From Patescibacteria group bacterium (lineage in GTDB: Bacteria; Patescibacteriota; JAHJAL01), in contig JBMORM010000017.1 of NCBI GenBank assembly GCA_049322675.1, forward strand, positions 3,928 through 67,927: 64,000 nt of DNA, read 5' to 3'. Each line of letters begins with the position of its first letter. Positions within the stretch are counted from its first letter, which is position 1. The notes below the pieces were generated by a model. It made no database searches. It saw nothing but the letters and a program-made list of their open reading frames with translations, and had not been told where the DNA came from. The position numbers and the translations under genes were made by a program. Shown here one piece after another: positions 48,524 through 58,477 of this stretch.

Positions 48524-48596
48524 GCCGGAGTAGCTTTAACGGTAGAGCAATGCTTTCGTAAAGCAGAGGTTGGAGGTTCAAATCCTCTCTCCGGCT
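48524..48596 (+). tRNA. tRNA-Thr (anticodon CGT)
   Basis: GCCGGAG/CTCCGGC acceptor, loop TTCGTAA, T-arm GGTTCAAATCC. Confidence 0.8.
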
Positions 48597-48636
48597 TGTT
48601 TTCTTAAGTTTTTATTAGGTAAAAAAATAAATATTT

Positions 48637-49005
48637 ATGTCAAAAGAAGAAATCAAGCAAATTGACAATTTGGGGCGAAATGTTTTTCAGGATAAAGTTG
48701 TGTTGATCAATTTTGTGGTATTGTTGGTGGTAATATTAATTACTTGGTTGTTGTGGGTAGTTTTTTATCGTAATAATCAAGTGATGATGGGCATGCCTGA
48801 TTACTTTAGTTTTTTGCAACAAAATCAGTTTTTGTCTCGATATGTGTTGCCAATATTTGGTAGTGTGGTGGCCATAACACATTTGATAATCGCTTTATTT
48901 TCATATCGCTCAGAGAAATTGGTCACTTATTTTTTGTTGGGCTCGGCTATATTTATTGAAATACTTATAACCATAACGGTTATTTATTATATGTCTTATG
49001 TCTAG
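48637..49005 (+). CDS. Hypothetical small membrane protein (3 TM), overlapping the downstream GT2 start
   Basis: Hydrophobic; 8-nt overlap with 48998. Confidence 0.4.
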   Translation: MSKEEIKQIDNLGRNVFQDKVVLINFVVLLVVILITWLLWVVFYRNNQVMMGMPDYFSFLQQNQFLSRYVLPIFGSVVAITHLIIALFSYRSEKLVTYFLLGSAIFIEILITITVIYYMSYV

Positions 49006-50533
49006 TTGGATAAATAGTCGTTGGTTTTATCGCTTGTTGGAAATGGTACCTGGCACATTAAGCTGGAGTATGCTTTTGTTGCCGGCTGTTTTGTCGATTT
49101 TTGATCCGCATTTGGTAGCGATTTGGGTGATTTTGTTTGATATGTATTGGTTGTTTAAAGCGTTTGAGATTGCAGGCAGATTAGTTTTTGGTTATTTTCG
49201 AATGAATCGTGATTGGAAAGTTGATTATTTGGGAAAATTGAAAGAAATAAAAAAGTCAGATCAGATAGACCGACCAATGGATTGGCGGGACATTTATCAT
49301 GTAATTTTGCTGCCATCTTACAACGAAGGAGTGGAAATAATTCGTCCATCACTTGATTCTTATCTTGAGGCAAATTATCCAAAAGATAGAATAATTATTG
49401 TTTTGGCTTTGGAAGCGAGAGTGGGTGAAGAATTAAATAAGAGAGGGGACTTGTTGAAAGAGGAGTACAAGGACAAATTTGCTGATTTTTTGATTACAAT
49501 ACATCCTGATGGCTTGGTAGGTGAATTGAAGGGAAAGAGTGCTAATGCTACTTGGGCGGGACGGGAATTAAAAAAATATCTTGATGAAAAGGGAATACCT
49601 TATGATCAGGTGATAGTATCAAATTTTGATTGTGATACCAGAGTCCATCAACAATATTTTGCCAATTTGTCGTGCAAATATTTGCTAGCAGAAAGGCGGA
49701 CGAGAAAAAGTTATCAGCCGATTCCGATTTTTAATAATAATATTTGGGATGTTCCGTTTATAACTAGGACTATGGCGTTTTCTTCGTCGTTTTGGCAAAT
49801 AGTTGAGTCCACTCGTAGTTATCGGATGGTGAATTTTTCTTCTCAGGCAATGAGTATGAAAACCTTGGTTGATATTGATTTTTGGGATGTAAAAGTAGTG
49901 TCTGAGGATTCAAAACAGTATTATCGAGCGATGTTTAAATATGAAGGAGATCATGAGGTAATTCCCTTGTTGACACCAGTGTATATGGATGCAGTTTTGT
50001 CAGGCAGTTTATGGGAGACAATGAAGGCGCAATATTTGCAGAAAAGAAGATGGGCGTGGGGAATTGAACATTTTCCTTATATGGTGGTGGCGAGTTTGAA
50101 TGACAATAAGATTGGTTGGTGGAGAAAAATTGTTGAAACATCTCGGATTTTAGATGGTCATTTTTCTTGGGCGACCGGGAGTCTATTTGTTTTAACGGCT
50201 GCTTGGTTTCCTTTTTTGATGAATGGGAGATTTGTTGAGTCACCTTTATCTTTTTATTTACCTTTCTGGGCCAGTAGGTTGTTGACGATTTCGTGGCTTG
50301 GTTTGTTTATTTCGATGGGGATATCTTTTTTGATGTTGCCACCTAAACCGCCGAAATATGGCCATCTCAGTTATCTGGAGATGGTTTTAACATGGTTAGT
50401 TGTGCCGATAAATTCTTCAATATTTGGTTCTTTGCCGGCCTTGGATGCCCAGACGAGGTTGTTTTTGGGTAAATATTTAGGTTTTTATGTAACGGAAAAG
50501 AAAGTAAAAACATATATTTCTAGTGATAAATAA
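48998..50533 (+). CDS. Processive family-2 glycosyltransferase (cellulose/chitin-synthase-like, membrane-embedded)
   Basis: LLPSYNEG, DCD (SNFDCDTRV) and Q..RW (QYLQKRRWAWG) motifs, with N- and C-terminal TM helices. Confidence 0.7.
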   Translation: MSSWINSRWFYRLLEMVPGTLSWSMLLLPAVLSIFDPHLVAIWVILFDMYWLFKAFEIAGRLVFGYFRMNRDWKVDYLGKLKEIKKSDQIDRPMDWRDIYHVILLPSYNEGVEIIRPSLDSYLEANYPKDRIIIVLALEARVGEELNKRGDLLKEEYKDKFADFLITIHPDGLVGELKGKSANATWAGRELKKYLDEKGIPYDQVIVSNFDCDTRVHQQYFANLSCKYLLAERRTRKSYQPIPIFNNNIWDVPFITRTMAFSSSFWQIVESTRSYRMVNFSSQAMSMKTLVDIDFWDVKVVSEDSKQYYRAMFKYEGDHEVIPLLTPVYMDAVLSGSLWETMKAQYLQKRRWAWGIEHFPYMVVASLNDNKIGWWRKIVETSRILDGHFSWATGSLFVLTAAWFPFLMNGRFVESPLSFYLPFWASRLLTISWLGLFISMGISFLMLPPKPPKYGHLSYLEMVLTWLVVPINSSIFGSLPALDAQTRLFLGKYLGFYVTEKKVKTYISSDK

Positions 50534-50605
50534 TATGTTTGTGTTTTAATGTTATTTGATAATAATACTTGATACTTAGCATTTGATACTTGATAATTAA
50601 TGTAG

Positions 50606-50679
50606 CGGGGCGTAGCGTAATTGGCTATCGCGCTTGCTTTGGGAGCAAGAGGTTCCGGGTTCGAGTCCCGGCGCCCCGA
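50606..50679 (+). tRNA. tRNA-Pro (anticodon TGG)
   Basis: CGGGGCG/CGCCCCG acceptor, loop TTTGGGA, T-arm GGTTCGAGTCC. Confidence 0.85.
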
Positions 50680-50692
50680 CTTTTTAGATAGC

Positions 50693-50723
50693 AAAAAACA
50701 ACTGGAAATGAGTTGTTTTTTTT
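50693..50723. terminator. Bidirectional terminator hairpin (aaaaaacaact-ggaaatg-agttgtttttttt) between tRNA-Pro and rarA
   Basis: A-run / stem / T-run. Confidence 0.75.
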
Positions 50724-50737
50724 GTTGTCAAAAAGTA

Positions 50738-51952
50738 TTAAATATATTTTTTATTTTTTAGTTCTGGTGGAAGGTATTCTTGTTGAGAACTATTTTCTAG
50801 GGGGGTGTATTTGTAGCCTTGGCCGTAATTTAGTTTTTTCATGAGTTTGGTGGGAGCGTTGCGTAGGTGTAAGGGGACTGGCAAATTGCCGTGCGTAGTA
50901 ACATCTTTTTTTACGAGATTGTAAGCTTGATAAGCGAGAATGCTTTTGGGGGCGCGAGCGAGATAGATGATAGCTTGAGATAATGCAACATTGCATTCAG
51001 GCCAGCCAATATTTTTACAAGTCTCATAAACGGAATTTGTGAGAATGAGGGCAAAATTGTCTGCCAGACCGATATCTTCTGAGGCAAAACGGATAAGGCG
51101 CCGGCAGATATAAAGTGGGTCTTCGCCGCCTTCTAACATGCGAGCGAGCCAGTAGAGAGCCGCGTTGGGGTCGTTGCCGCGGAGAGATTTGTGAAGGGCG
51201 GAGATAATATTGTAGTGTTCTTCGCCATTTTTGTCGTAACGAAGGTTGGTTTTTTGTAGGATTTGAGTTACAAGTTGTGGGTTGATAATCTGATTTTGCC
51301 AGCTGCAAATTTCGAGAGTATTTATAGCCATTCGGGCGTCCCCATTACTTAATTTGGAAATGAGAGTGATTGCATCTTTTGTTATGGATAATTTAGAATT
51401 TTGTTGTTGAAGAGCGATAATGGCTTTTTCGAGAATTTGGTTGATATTGTCTGGGGTTAGCTCATGAAGAACTAAGACGCGCATGCGAGAGAGAAGAGCG
51501 TTGTTGAGAGAAAAGCTTGGATTTTCGGTGGTAGCGCCGATTAGGATGATAGTACCTTTTTCGACCCAAGGCAAAAGAGCATCTTGCTGGGCTTTATTCC
51601 AGCGGTGAATTTCGTCCAAAAATAAGATTGTTTTTGTCCCTAAGTTGTTGAGGGAATTAGCTTCGGCGATTATTTTTTTGAGATCCTCTTTGCCGCCTAC
51701 CACTCCTGATATTGACTTGAAATTGGCCTTAGTTTCATGAGCAATAATATTGGCTAGGGTGGTTTTGCCGCTGCCGGGTGGCCCCCAAAAGATCATGGAG
51801 CTGATTTGGTCTTCCTTGATCATTTTAGTCAAAAATTGGTTGGTAGAGACAAGTTCGTTTTGTCCCACAAACTCTGCTAGGGTTTTTGGTCGTAATTTTT
51901 CTGCTAGGGGGATAGGTTTGGGAGTATCTTGTCTGGACTTTTTTGGTGTCAT
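50738..51952 (-). CDS. rarA: Replication-associated recombination protein A (AAA+ ATPase RarA/MgsA)
   Basis: Walker [28 protein letters not shown], sensor and C-terminal MgsA domains. Confidence 0.9.
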   Translation of the reverse strand: MTPKKSRQDTPKPIPLAEKLRPKTLAEFVGQNELVSTNQFLTKMIKEDQISSMIFWGPPGSGKTTLANIIAHETKANFKSISGVVGGKEDLKKIIAEANSLNNLGTKTILFLDEIHRWNKAQQDALLPWVEKGTIILIGATTENPSFSLNNALLSRMRVLVLHELTPDNINQILEKAIIALQQQNSKLSITKDAITLISKLSNGDARMAINTLEICSWQNQIINPQLVTQILQKTNLRYDKNGEEHYNIISALHKSLRGNDPNAALYWLARMLEGGEDPLYICRRLIRFASEDIGLADNFALILTNSVYETCKNIGWPECNVALSQAIIYLARAPKSILAYQAYNLVKKDVTTHGNLPVPLHLRNAPTKLMKKLNYGQGYKYTPLENSSQQEYLPPELKNKKYI

Positions 51953-52034
51953 TTTGTTATATTTAAAGAAATCATTATTTATTACTAATCTGCTTTATTA
52001 TAGCAGATTAGTTAATTGGTGACAGGTGATGACT

Positions 52035-53057
52035 ATGAGTGAAAAAATTCTTCTTCCCAATAAATTGACCACAACGACAAAAATTAGTTTTATTCATACT
52101 TCTTCGCCGATAGAAAAACAGGATTTGAAAACATTTCAGAAGGTGACTCAACGAATAGCCGCTGAATATCCATATACAAAGATTTTTAATATTCATGAGG
52201 CAAAATGGAGCCCGACATATTTGTCCGGTTCGGAGAAGGAAAGGTTGGCCAATTTTCGTAAGGCGATTCAACAGGGACAATGGTTGTTGCCAGTGTATGG
52301 TGGAACTGGTTGCGAAGATATAATTCGTCATCTCAATGATCATGATTTGATGTATATTCGTAAAAATTTGCCGATTGTAAATGGGTTTAGCGATACTACT
52401 TTTTTGATAAATTATCTCTATTTTAAAATCAAGTTATTAACTTTTCATTATAAGAATGCCACGGGATTGTTTGAAACAGATAATTTTAAATTGTTTTTTG
52501 ACATTATTAAGGGCAAGAAAAAATCGATGTTGTTTTATGAGCCAGATTATTATTGGCTTTCGGAGCCGAAACCAAAATCAGTAGTGGAGGGGATTGCAAT
52601 TGGGGGGAATATAAGTACTTTTCGGGATTTGTTGGATATCTGTGAAATTAGACCGCGAAGTTGGGAACCATATATTTTATTTATGGAAGATATTGGTTTG
52701 GACATGGAAGATTTGCATCGTTTGATTATTGCTTTGGATGAGAGAGGAATTTTCAGGCACATTAAAGCGGTAGTGGTGGGAACGTTCAACAAGGAAATTT
52801 TTCAGGATAGTTTGTTTGATCGATTTCGTTGGTTTACTAAAAATAAAAAAACTGAGGATATTGATAATTTATTTGAATATATTTTGAGCGATGTAATAAA
52901 AAATCGGATTGAAAAGAATGATCCTTTGCATATTTTAAAAGTAAGTAATCTTGGACATGGAATCAACAAAAATCCGTTGATTATACCTATTGGAGCTCGA
53001 ACGACAATATATCCCAATGGCCATATTGAATTTCATGGTCCGTTTGTAAACGAATGA
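52035..53057 (+). CDS. LD-carboxypeptidase-like (peptidase S66) paralog
   Basis: LLPVYGGTGCEDIIRHL...IVNGFSDTTFLINYL aligns with 4950-5903 (FVAGGGLGSEEL...MGFSDITALNNGIF); AGGTGA SD before ATG 52035. Confidence 0.6.
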   Translation: MSEKILLPNKLTTTTKISFIHTSSPIEKQDLKTFQKVTQRIAAEYPYTKIFNIHEAKWSPTYLSGSEKERLANFRKAIQQGQWLLPVYGGTGCEDIIRHLNDHDLMYIRKNLPIVNGFSDTTFLINYLYFKIKLLTFHYKNATGLFETDNFKLFFDIIKGKKKSMLFYEPDYYWLSEPKPKSVVEGIAIGGNISTFRDLLDICEIRPRSWEPYILFMEDIGLDMEDLHRLIIALDERGIFRHIKAVVVGTFNKEIFQDSLFDRFRWFTKNKKTEDIDNLFEYILSDVIKNRIEKNDPLHILKVSNLGHGINKNPLIIPIGARTTIYPNGHIEFHGPFVNE

Positions 53058-53119
53058 AGGGGAATAATTTTTTTTCAAAAAAGAGGAATACCAGTTGGTT
53101 TTCCTCTTTTTTGAAAAAG

Positions 53120-53191
53120 TCGGGGACGGGGGAATCGAACCCCCTGTCTCTCGAACCCGAATCGAGCGCTCTACCGGTAAGCCAGTCCCCG
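53120..53191 (-). tRNA. tRNA-Pro (anticodon CGG)
   Basis: Reverse complement: CGGGGAC acceptor, loop TTCGGGT, T-arm GGTTCGATTCC. Confidence 0.75.
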
Positions 53192-53197
53192 TAAAAA

Positions 53198-53268
53198 TGG
53201 ACCTAGGCAGAATTGAACTGCCGTTTCCGCAATGCGAATGCGGCGTATTACCCCTATACTATAGGCCC
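53198..53268 (-). tRNA. tRNA-Ala (anticodon CGC; G3:U70 identity pair present)
   Basis: Reverse complement: GGGCCTA...TAGGTCC acceptor with G3-U70, loop TTCGCAT. Confidence 0.8.
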
Positions 53269-53280
53269 GATTAATAAAAA

Positions 53281-53354
53281 TGGCCACTAGTGGGCTCGAA
53301 CCACTGGCCTCTACGATGTGAACGTAGCGCTCTAACCAGCTGAGCTAAGTGGCC
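53281..53354 (-). tRNA. tRNA-Val (anticodon CAC)
   Basis: Reverse complement: GGCCACT acceptor, GCTCAGCTGGTTAGAGC D-arm, loop TTCACAT. Confidence 0.8.
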
Positions 53355-53359
53355 AAAAA

Positions 53360-53433
53360 CGCCCCGGGCAGGAATCGAACCTGCAACCTTCACCTTAGAA
53401 GGGTGCTGCTCTATCCAATTGAGCTACCGGGGC
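53360..53433 (-). tRNA. tRNA-Arg (anticodon TCT)
   Basis: Reverse complement: GCCCCGG acceptor, loop CTTCTAA, T-arm GGTTCGATTCC. Confidence 0.75.
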
Positions 53434-53537
53434 AAGATACAGGATTGGATATGTTCTTTTGTTATTATAATATATCTTATCAGTGGGATGAAATGGGATT
53501 ATTAACAAAAGAGGGATATTTTTAGTTTTTGTATTAT

Positions 53538-54194
53538 TTATATCTTTCGATACAGTTTTTCTGTAACTTCAACATAATTATCACCTTGGCCAGCAAGGTA
53601 TTTTTGGGCGTTGTCGTATGTGGTCGTGTGTTCTCGACTTTCGGCTAATTGATAATATAATTCAGCTTCGGAAATATCTAAGTTGAGATAGTAGCTCATA
53701 CCGCTATTATCCGGTTCTCTTCTCAAGACAGAAAGATATGCTTTGCGGATTGTGGCTGGGTCGAGTTTCATATTTGTCTCCATGATTAAATTTAGATTGT
53801 ACCAATCGCCTGGACAGGTCGTGGCGGATACTTCTTTGTGACCGTATATGTTATTGATTGAAAATTTGGTTTGAAGATTGGAAATTGTTTGTTTGGCGGC
53901 GAGCAAAGCGGTTGGGGTAGGTTGGTGATGAGAAAAGTCCCCGATAAAACAGATAGCGATACTTTTGAGATTCAAATTATAAACACCGCAGTGATAGGTA
54001 TAACGATCTATCGGGATTGGATTTTTTATTTCTCCATCATAATAGATAAGATAGTGGTAATTACCTTTGTATTCTTTGTTATCAATATAGAATCCGGGCA
54101 CATAATCATGTTCCTCCACAGACACAGCCCAAATATTTTTGTCATATTCGTTGGTAACTGAGTGGTGAAGGACGATGGTGTCAATGTTTCTCAT
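53538..54194 (-). CDS. N-acetylmuramoyl-L-alanine amidase (Amidase_2/PGRP-type, endolysin-like) with C-terminal extension
   Basis: IDTIVLHHSVT..., SIAICFIGDF, GHKEVSATTCPGD are zinc amidase_2 motifs. Confidence 0.75.
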   Translation of the reverse strand: MRNIDTIVLHHSVTNEYDKNIWAVSVEEHDYVPGFYIDNKEYKGNYHYLIYYDGEIKNPIPIDRYTYHCGVYNLNLKSIAICFIGDFSHHQPTPTALLAAKQTISNLQTKFSINNIYGHKEVSATTCPGDWYNLNLIMETNMKLDPATIRKAYLSVLRREPDNSGMSYYLNLDISEAELYYQLAESREHTTTYDNAQKYLAGQGDNYVEVTEKLYRKI

Positions 54195-54230
54195 GAGGTA
54201 ATTATAAAGTTTTTTAATTGATTTGACTAT

Positions 54231-54261
54231 AAAAAACGCCCCGAAGATATTTTTCGGGGCG
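54231..54261 (-). terminator. Intrinsic terminator (cgccccgaa...ttcggggcg, T-run on the minus strand) after the large surface protein gene
   Basis: GC-rich 9-bp stem + aaaaaa on the plus strand. Confidence 0.8.
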
Positions 54262-54285
54262 AAAGAATAATGATTTAATTTCTTT

Positions 54286-56655
54286 TTAGTAGTCGTCGTC
54301 GAAAGTAATGTTGACGGTGTTGGAATAGGATACTATGTTACCGTTATTGTAAACTCCGATGCGATAATAATATAGTTGGTTGTCTTCGACGTTTCTGTCT
54401 GTGTAAGTGGTGGTATTTTCATCATTGATATATGTGTATGACTGGTTGGGGTAGGTGGGAGAACTGTCGGAAGTGGAACGAAGAATTTTGTAACTGTCCA
54501 TATCGTTGTTGTATTCATCCCATTCCAATTTTACCCCATTGGTATCGTTGACGGCAGTCAATTCAAAGTCATTGCCTTCGTCTTCGTCGTAGATAATACT
54601 AACTATATTGGAATAGGCTGTAACTTCACCGTCTTCATAAATACCAATACGGTAATAGTATCTTTGTCCGTCGGTGACGCTAGTGTCGGTGTAATTGGTA
54701 TTGTCGTAATCTTCGACATAATCGTAATAATCTTCATCGAAAGTGGGAGTAGAGTCGGTTTTGGAACGTAGGATTTTGTAACCGTCGATACTTTCATCGT
54801 AGTATTCATTCCAGGAAAGCTCGATAGCGTCTCCGACATTATTTGCTTCTAAGTCGATTTCATCATCGTTGTCGTTTTCATCTTCGTTGTAGGTAATGGA
54901 AAAAATGTCAGAATACAGGGTTATTTCGCCATCATAATATACAGCTAGACGATAATAATATTTTTGGCCGTCATCGACGTTGGTATCGGTATAACTAGTG
55001 GTGCTTGCATTGCTGATACTTGTATAAGATTGGTTAGGGTAAGTTGGGGTACTGTCGGAAGTTGAACGAAGAATTTTGTAACTGTCGAAATCGTCGTAAT
55101 ATTTGTCCCAGGTTAGTTTTATGCCGTTGCTGATATTGATAATGTCAAAATTTAGGTCACTGCTATCATTATCGTTGTTATTGTCTTCATCGTAAGTGAT
55201 TTGGACAATATTGGAATAGGCGATGATTTCGTTGTCTTCAAAAATTCCAATGCGGTAGTAGTATTTTTTTCCATCAGTAACGTTTTCGTCGATGTAGTCA
55301 GTTGAATAATATTCGTCGATGTAATCATAGTATTGCTCGTCGTAAGTTGGAGTGGAGTCGGTGGTTGATCGAAGAACGACATAGTAGATATCGTCATTAT
55401 CTTCGTATTGGTCCCAATTTAATTCAATTCCTTCTTCGGTGCTATCGGCTTCCAAATTGATATCTGCGTCATCTTCGTTGTCGTCATCGTCATTGTTGTA
55501 AGTGATAGTGATAATATCCGAGTATAGAGTTATCTCGTCGTCATAAGAAACAGCCAATCGGTAATAATATTTGGTATTGTCAACGACGTTTTTGTCAGTA
55601 TATTCAGTTGTGTAGTAGTTACTGATTGATTTGTAGGATTGAGATGGGTAGGTAGGAGTAGAATCGGTGGTGGATCGGAGAATTTCATAATAATCAAAAT
55701 CATCATTGTATTCATCCCAGCTAAGTTTAATACCATTGCTTGTATTATCGACGGCAAAGTTTAGTTCACTGGTGTCATCTTCGTTTTCATTTTGATTTGA
55801 TGTGGTGATGGTGATATACCAATAGGTGTTGTTGTCGTTTAGCCAAGTTAATCCCTCGGCAACTGGTCTAAAATATTCAGTGTAGGTGCCATTGTAGCTT
55901 GGAGTTTTGATGGTAAATTCAAAAGTTCCATATTCTCCCGGTTTAACGCTGGATTCAGTCATGCCGGCTGGTCGGTTTTGAGAAAGCCAGCTACTATGGT
56001 AGAATACTGAGTTTCTGTCTTGGGGGTGATCGGTAGCTAAGTGCATGGGATTACTTCCATAGTTGTACCAGGTGGCGGTGCCGGTATTTTTAAATTTTGC
56101 CCAAATTGTTTGAGTTTTTTGTTGGTTAAGAGTGATATTTTTCTCGCTTTGAGAGTATAGTTGACAGTTGTATGCAGTATTAGTTGAGTTGTTATTCACG
56201 TTGATTTTGATAAATACACCATTGTCTTCCATCCAGGTTAAATTTTCTGCTACTGGACGGAAATACTCATTGTATTGTCCGGTTTGGGAAGGGGCTTTGA
56301 TTTCAAAAGTAAAGGTTCCAATTTGGCCAGGACTGACGGAAGCTTCGGACAAGGTGGCGGGGCGGTTGGTGGATAGCCAAGAACCCGTGTAGAAGCTTGA
56401 AGAACGGTCAAGAGGTGCCGATGTTCCCAGATGGATTGGATAGTTACCATTGTTGTACCAAGTTGAATTGCCGGTATTTTTAAATTTTACCCAGATAGTG
56501 GCAGTTTCGTTTGTTTTTAAATCCAGGTATGCACTTTGGGAGTTCCAACTGGAATGATATTCACCGGGATTGGCGCTTGCCTGTGCTAGAGTCATTCCCA
56601 AGGGTGATATCAGAAAAGAAAGAATTGAGATGATTGTCAAAATGTTTTTTTTCAT
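54286..56655 (-). CDS. Large secreted surface protein: signal peptide, two Ig-like repeats, then about 6-7 acidic FN3-like repeats (about 90 aa each)
   Basis: Signal ILTIISILSFLISPLGMTLAQA; Ig-like repeats as in the S8 protease; repeated L.W..Y...D.Y.ILRS..DSTPTY....Y.....T.YTD.NV.DG.KYYYRI..Y..GEI..YS.I..ITY units flanked by D/E/N-rich linkers. Confidence 0.6.
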   Translation of the reverse strand: MKKNILTIISILSFLISPLGMTLAQASANPGEYHSSWNSQSAYLDLKTNETATIWVKFKNTGNSTWYNNGNYPIHLGTSAPLDRSSSFYTGSWLSTNRPATLSEASVSPGQIGTFTFEIKAPSQTGQYNEYFRPVAENLTWMEDNGVFIKINVNNNSTNTAYNCQLYSQSEKNITLNQQKTQTIWAKFKNTGTATWYNYGSNPMHLATDHPQDRNSVFYHSSWLSQNRPAGMTESSVKPGEYGTFEFTIKTPSYNGTYTEYFRPVAEGLTWLNDNNTYWYITITTSNQNENEDDTSELNFAVDNTSNGIKLSWDEYNDDFDYYEILRSTTDSTPTYPSQSYKSISNYYTTEYTDKNVVDNTKYYYRLAVSYDDEITLYSDIITITYNNDDDDNEDDADINLEADSTEEGIELNWDQYEDNDDIYYVVLRSTTDSTPTYDEQYYDYIDEYYSTDYIDENVTDGKKYYYRIGIFEDNEIIAYSNIVQITYDEDNNNDNDSSDLNFDIINISNGIKLTWDKYYDDFDSYKILRSTSDSTPTYPNQSYTSISNASTTSYTDTNVDDGQKYYYRLAVYYDGEITLYSDIFSITYNEDENDNDDEIDLEANNVGDAIELSWNEYYDESIDGYKILRSKTDSTPTFDEDYYDYVEDYDNTNYTDTSVTDGQRYYYRIGIYEDGEVTAYSNIVSIIYDEDEGNDFELTAVNDTNGVKLEWDEYNNDMDSYKILRSTSDSSPTYPNQSYTYINDENTTTYTDRNVEDNQLYYYRIGVYNNGNIVSYSNTVNITFDDDY

Positions 56656-56758
56656 CTTGTTGGGTTAAAAATCGCGATATATAAAATGATATTTATATTT
56701 TTAGATTAATAGAAATTATCTGTTTGTTAAAGTGCGTTTTTTGGCTCTGTAAGGGTTG

Positions 56759-57682
56759 TTATTTGATCCAACGACGAATTACAAATCTTTTGGAGTTGAT
56801 TTTGTTTGGATCTTGATAATCATTTACCGGGATTTTCTCGTTCATCAATTCAGTGAATACTTCAACAATAGGTCGGCGGCGAACTCCACCCTGCATACCT
56901 TCAGTTGTTTTGTCATAGTCAAGTCTACTTTCGATAATCTCTTGATTGTTAAGAACGATAATAACATGTCCGTCCCAAACAATTAGGTCCAGGGGTTGGA
57001 GATTGGCGATAATATCCGCTTGATTTTTGTTTTCGATTTCGACGGGATTACCAAAATTTAATAATAAACTGGTGTTGCGGGGCGTATAGCCGTTGGTGGC
57101 TTGATAGAGGAGTCCTGAGCAATCTACTCCTTGCAGAGTCCACTGATTAGCGAGAGTATTATCCAGTTCATGTTGGGGTGGATACCAAGTGAGTAGTTCA
57201 GGAATGCCTGGAAAATAATTTCCACCCCAAGTATATTCCTGTCCTTCGGCGGCTTTGAGATTAGAAATTATTTGATCAGTTGTGGGCAGATTTATTTCCC
57301 TTTGAGGGGGTTTTTCCGTGCTTGTTTTTACAAATCGACTATCGATGTAATATCCTTTTTCTGTTTCGTATGGGTATTCCGGGGTGGTTACTTGGTAAAT
57401 TGTAATTTTCTGATCGGCATGAATAGTGTCAATAATGTTAAAGACGGTGCCGGGTAGTGCAATAAATTCAAGTTCGTCAATTTCTCCGTATTCATCCAGT
57501 TTCAGATTTGATCCATCTTGTCCGCCAAAGACATTGGTAAAATCTGGGGTATATAAAACGGGGGTGGGGAGTTGGGCGGTAGCAAATAATTTCTTTTCAT
57601 TTGAAAAGGTGTTGCAACCGATTAAAAATGTCAGGGAAATGCATAGTAGTAAGATTTTTTTCATTAATGTTTTTTTGTTCAA
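56759..57682 (-). CDS. NlpC/P60-family cell-wall peptidase lipoprotein
   Basis: Lipobox LIGC; catalytic Cys in GVDCSGLLYQ, His in LIVWDGHVIIV. Confidence 0.7.
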   Translation of the reverse strand: MNKKTLMKKILLLCISLTFLIGCNTFSNEKKLFATAQLPTPVLYTPDFTNVFGGQDGSNLKLDEYGEIDELEFIALPGTVFNIIDTIHADQKITIYQVTTPEYPYETEKGYYIDSRFVKTSTEKPPQREINLPTTDQIISNLKAAEGQEYTWGGNYFPGIPELLTWYPPQHELDNTLANQWTLQGVDCSGLLYQATNGYTPRNTSLLLNFGNPVEIENKNQADIIANLQPLDLIVWDGHVIIVLNNQEIIESRLDYDKTTEGMQGGVRRRPIVEVFTELMNEKIPVNDYQDPNKINSKRFVIRRWIK

Positions 57683-57784
57683 ATATGAATATTCGTTTAT
57701 ATTTTATCAGGAATTGGGCCTGAGATTCCATTGTTTGTAGTGTGTTGATGATTATTGTTTCTATAATTGTTTTTTTGTTAGCAT

Positions 57785-57808
57785 AAAAAAACAAGATATT
57801 AATCTTGT
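57785..57808 (-). terminator. Terminator hairpin (acaagat-atta-atcttgt + T-run on the minus strand) after tRNA-His
   Basis: Direct reading. Confidence 0.6.
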
Positions 57809-57819
57809 TTGATAAAAAG

Positions 57820-57894
57820 GGTGGCCAATGGGAATCGAACCCACAACCTCCAGTGCCACAAACTGGCGCTCTAACCAATTGAGCTATGGCCACC
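57820..57894 (-). tRNA. tRNA-His (anticodon GTG) with encoded G-1
   Basis: Reverse complement: G-1 + GTGGCCA acceptor, discriminator C73, loop TTGTGGC. Confidence 0.8.
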
Positions 57895-57900
57895 ATGTTT

Positions 57901-58290
57901 TTATTTGTCGGATAGGTTTTTGAAGTGGTTTTCGAAAACCTTTTGGCATTCTTTTTTTAGCCAAATTTTATTGTTTTCTTTTATGTGATAGACGTATATG
58001 AAATAATATAGTTTGGAAAGGAGTGATTTGTATTGTGCTATCTGACAGGTTATTTCGTGGTTTTGAATGGTCTCGCATTTTTTTAGGATTTTCTCGCAAA
58101 GACAAAGAGCTTCTTGCTGATCGTTTTCAGAATTTGATGCAAGAAAATCGTTGACTATATTTGTGGTGTCTTCGATTTCTTGTTTGATGTCAAGACATTT
58201 TGACTCTTGGGGACAGGGGACAAATATCAATTTTTCTCCTTCTTTTTTGTAGTAACAACTTGGCTCGCGTAGAGAATTTTCGATATTCAT
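57901..58290 (-). CDS. Hypothetical protein (Cys-containing, 129 aa)
   Basis: ORF only; sits between two tRNAs. Confidence 0.35.
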   Translation of the reverse strand: MNIENSLREPSCYYKKEGEKLIFVPCPQESKCLDIKQEIEDTTNIVNDFLASNSENDQQEALCLCEKILKKCETIQNHEITCQIAQYKSLLSKLYYFIYVYHIKENNKIWLKKECQKVFENHFKNLSDK

Positions 58291-58313
58291 AATATGATGT
58301 AGATGTTAAAAAA

Positions 58314-58385
58314 AGCGGGCAACGGGAATCGAACCCGTATCTTCACCTTGGAAGAGTGACATAATAGCCTTTATACGATGCCCGC
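58314..58385 (-). tRNA. tRNA-Gly (anticodon TCC), atypical D-arm
   Basis: Reverse complement: GCGGGCA/TGCCCGC acceptor, loop CTTCCAA, perfect T-arm GGGTTCGATTCCC. Confidence 0.6.
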
Positions 58386-58477
58386 AAAAAAGCCAATTTC
58401 ACAATAAGATTATAGCAAGTTAATCAATTATTTTCAAAGCCGAAAAAAAAGAGTATTATTTTAGATGAAGAGACTGT

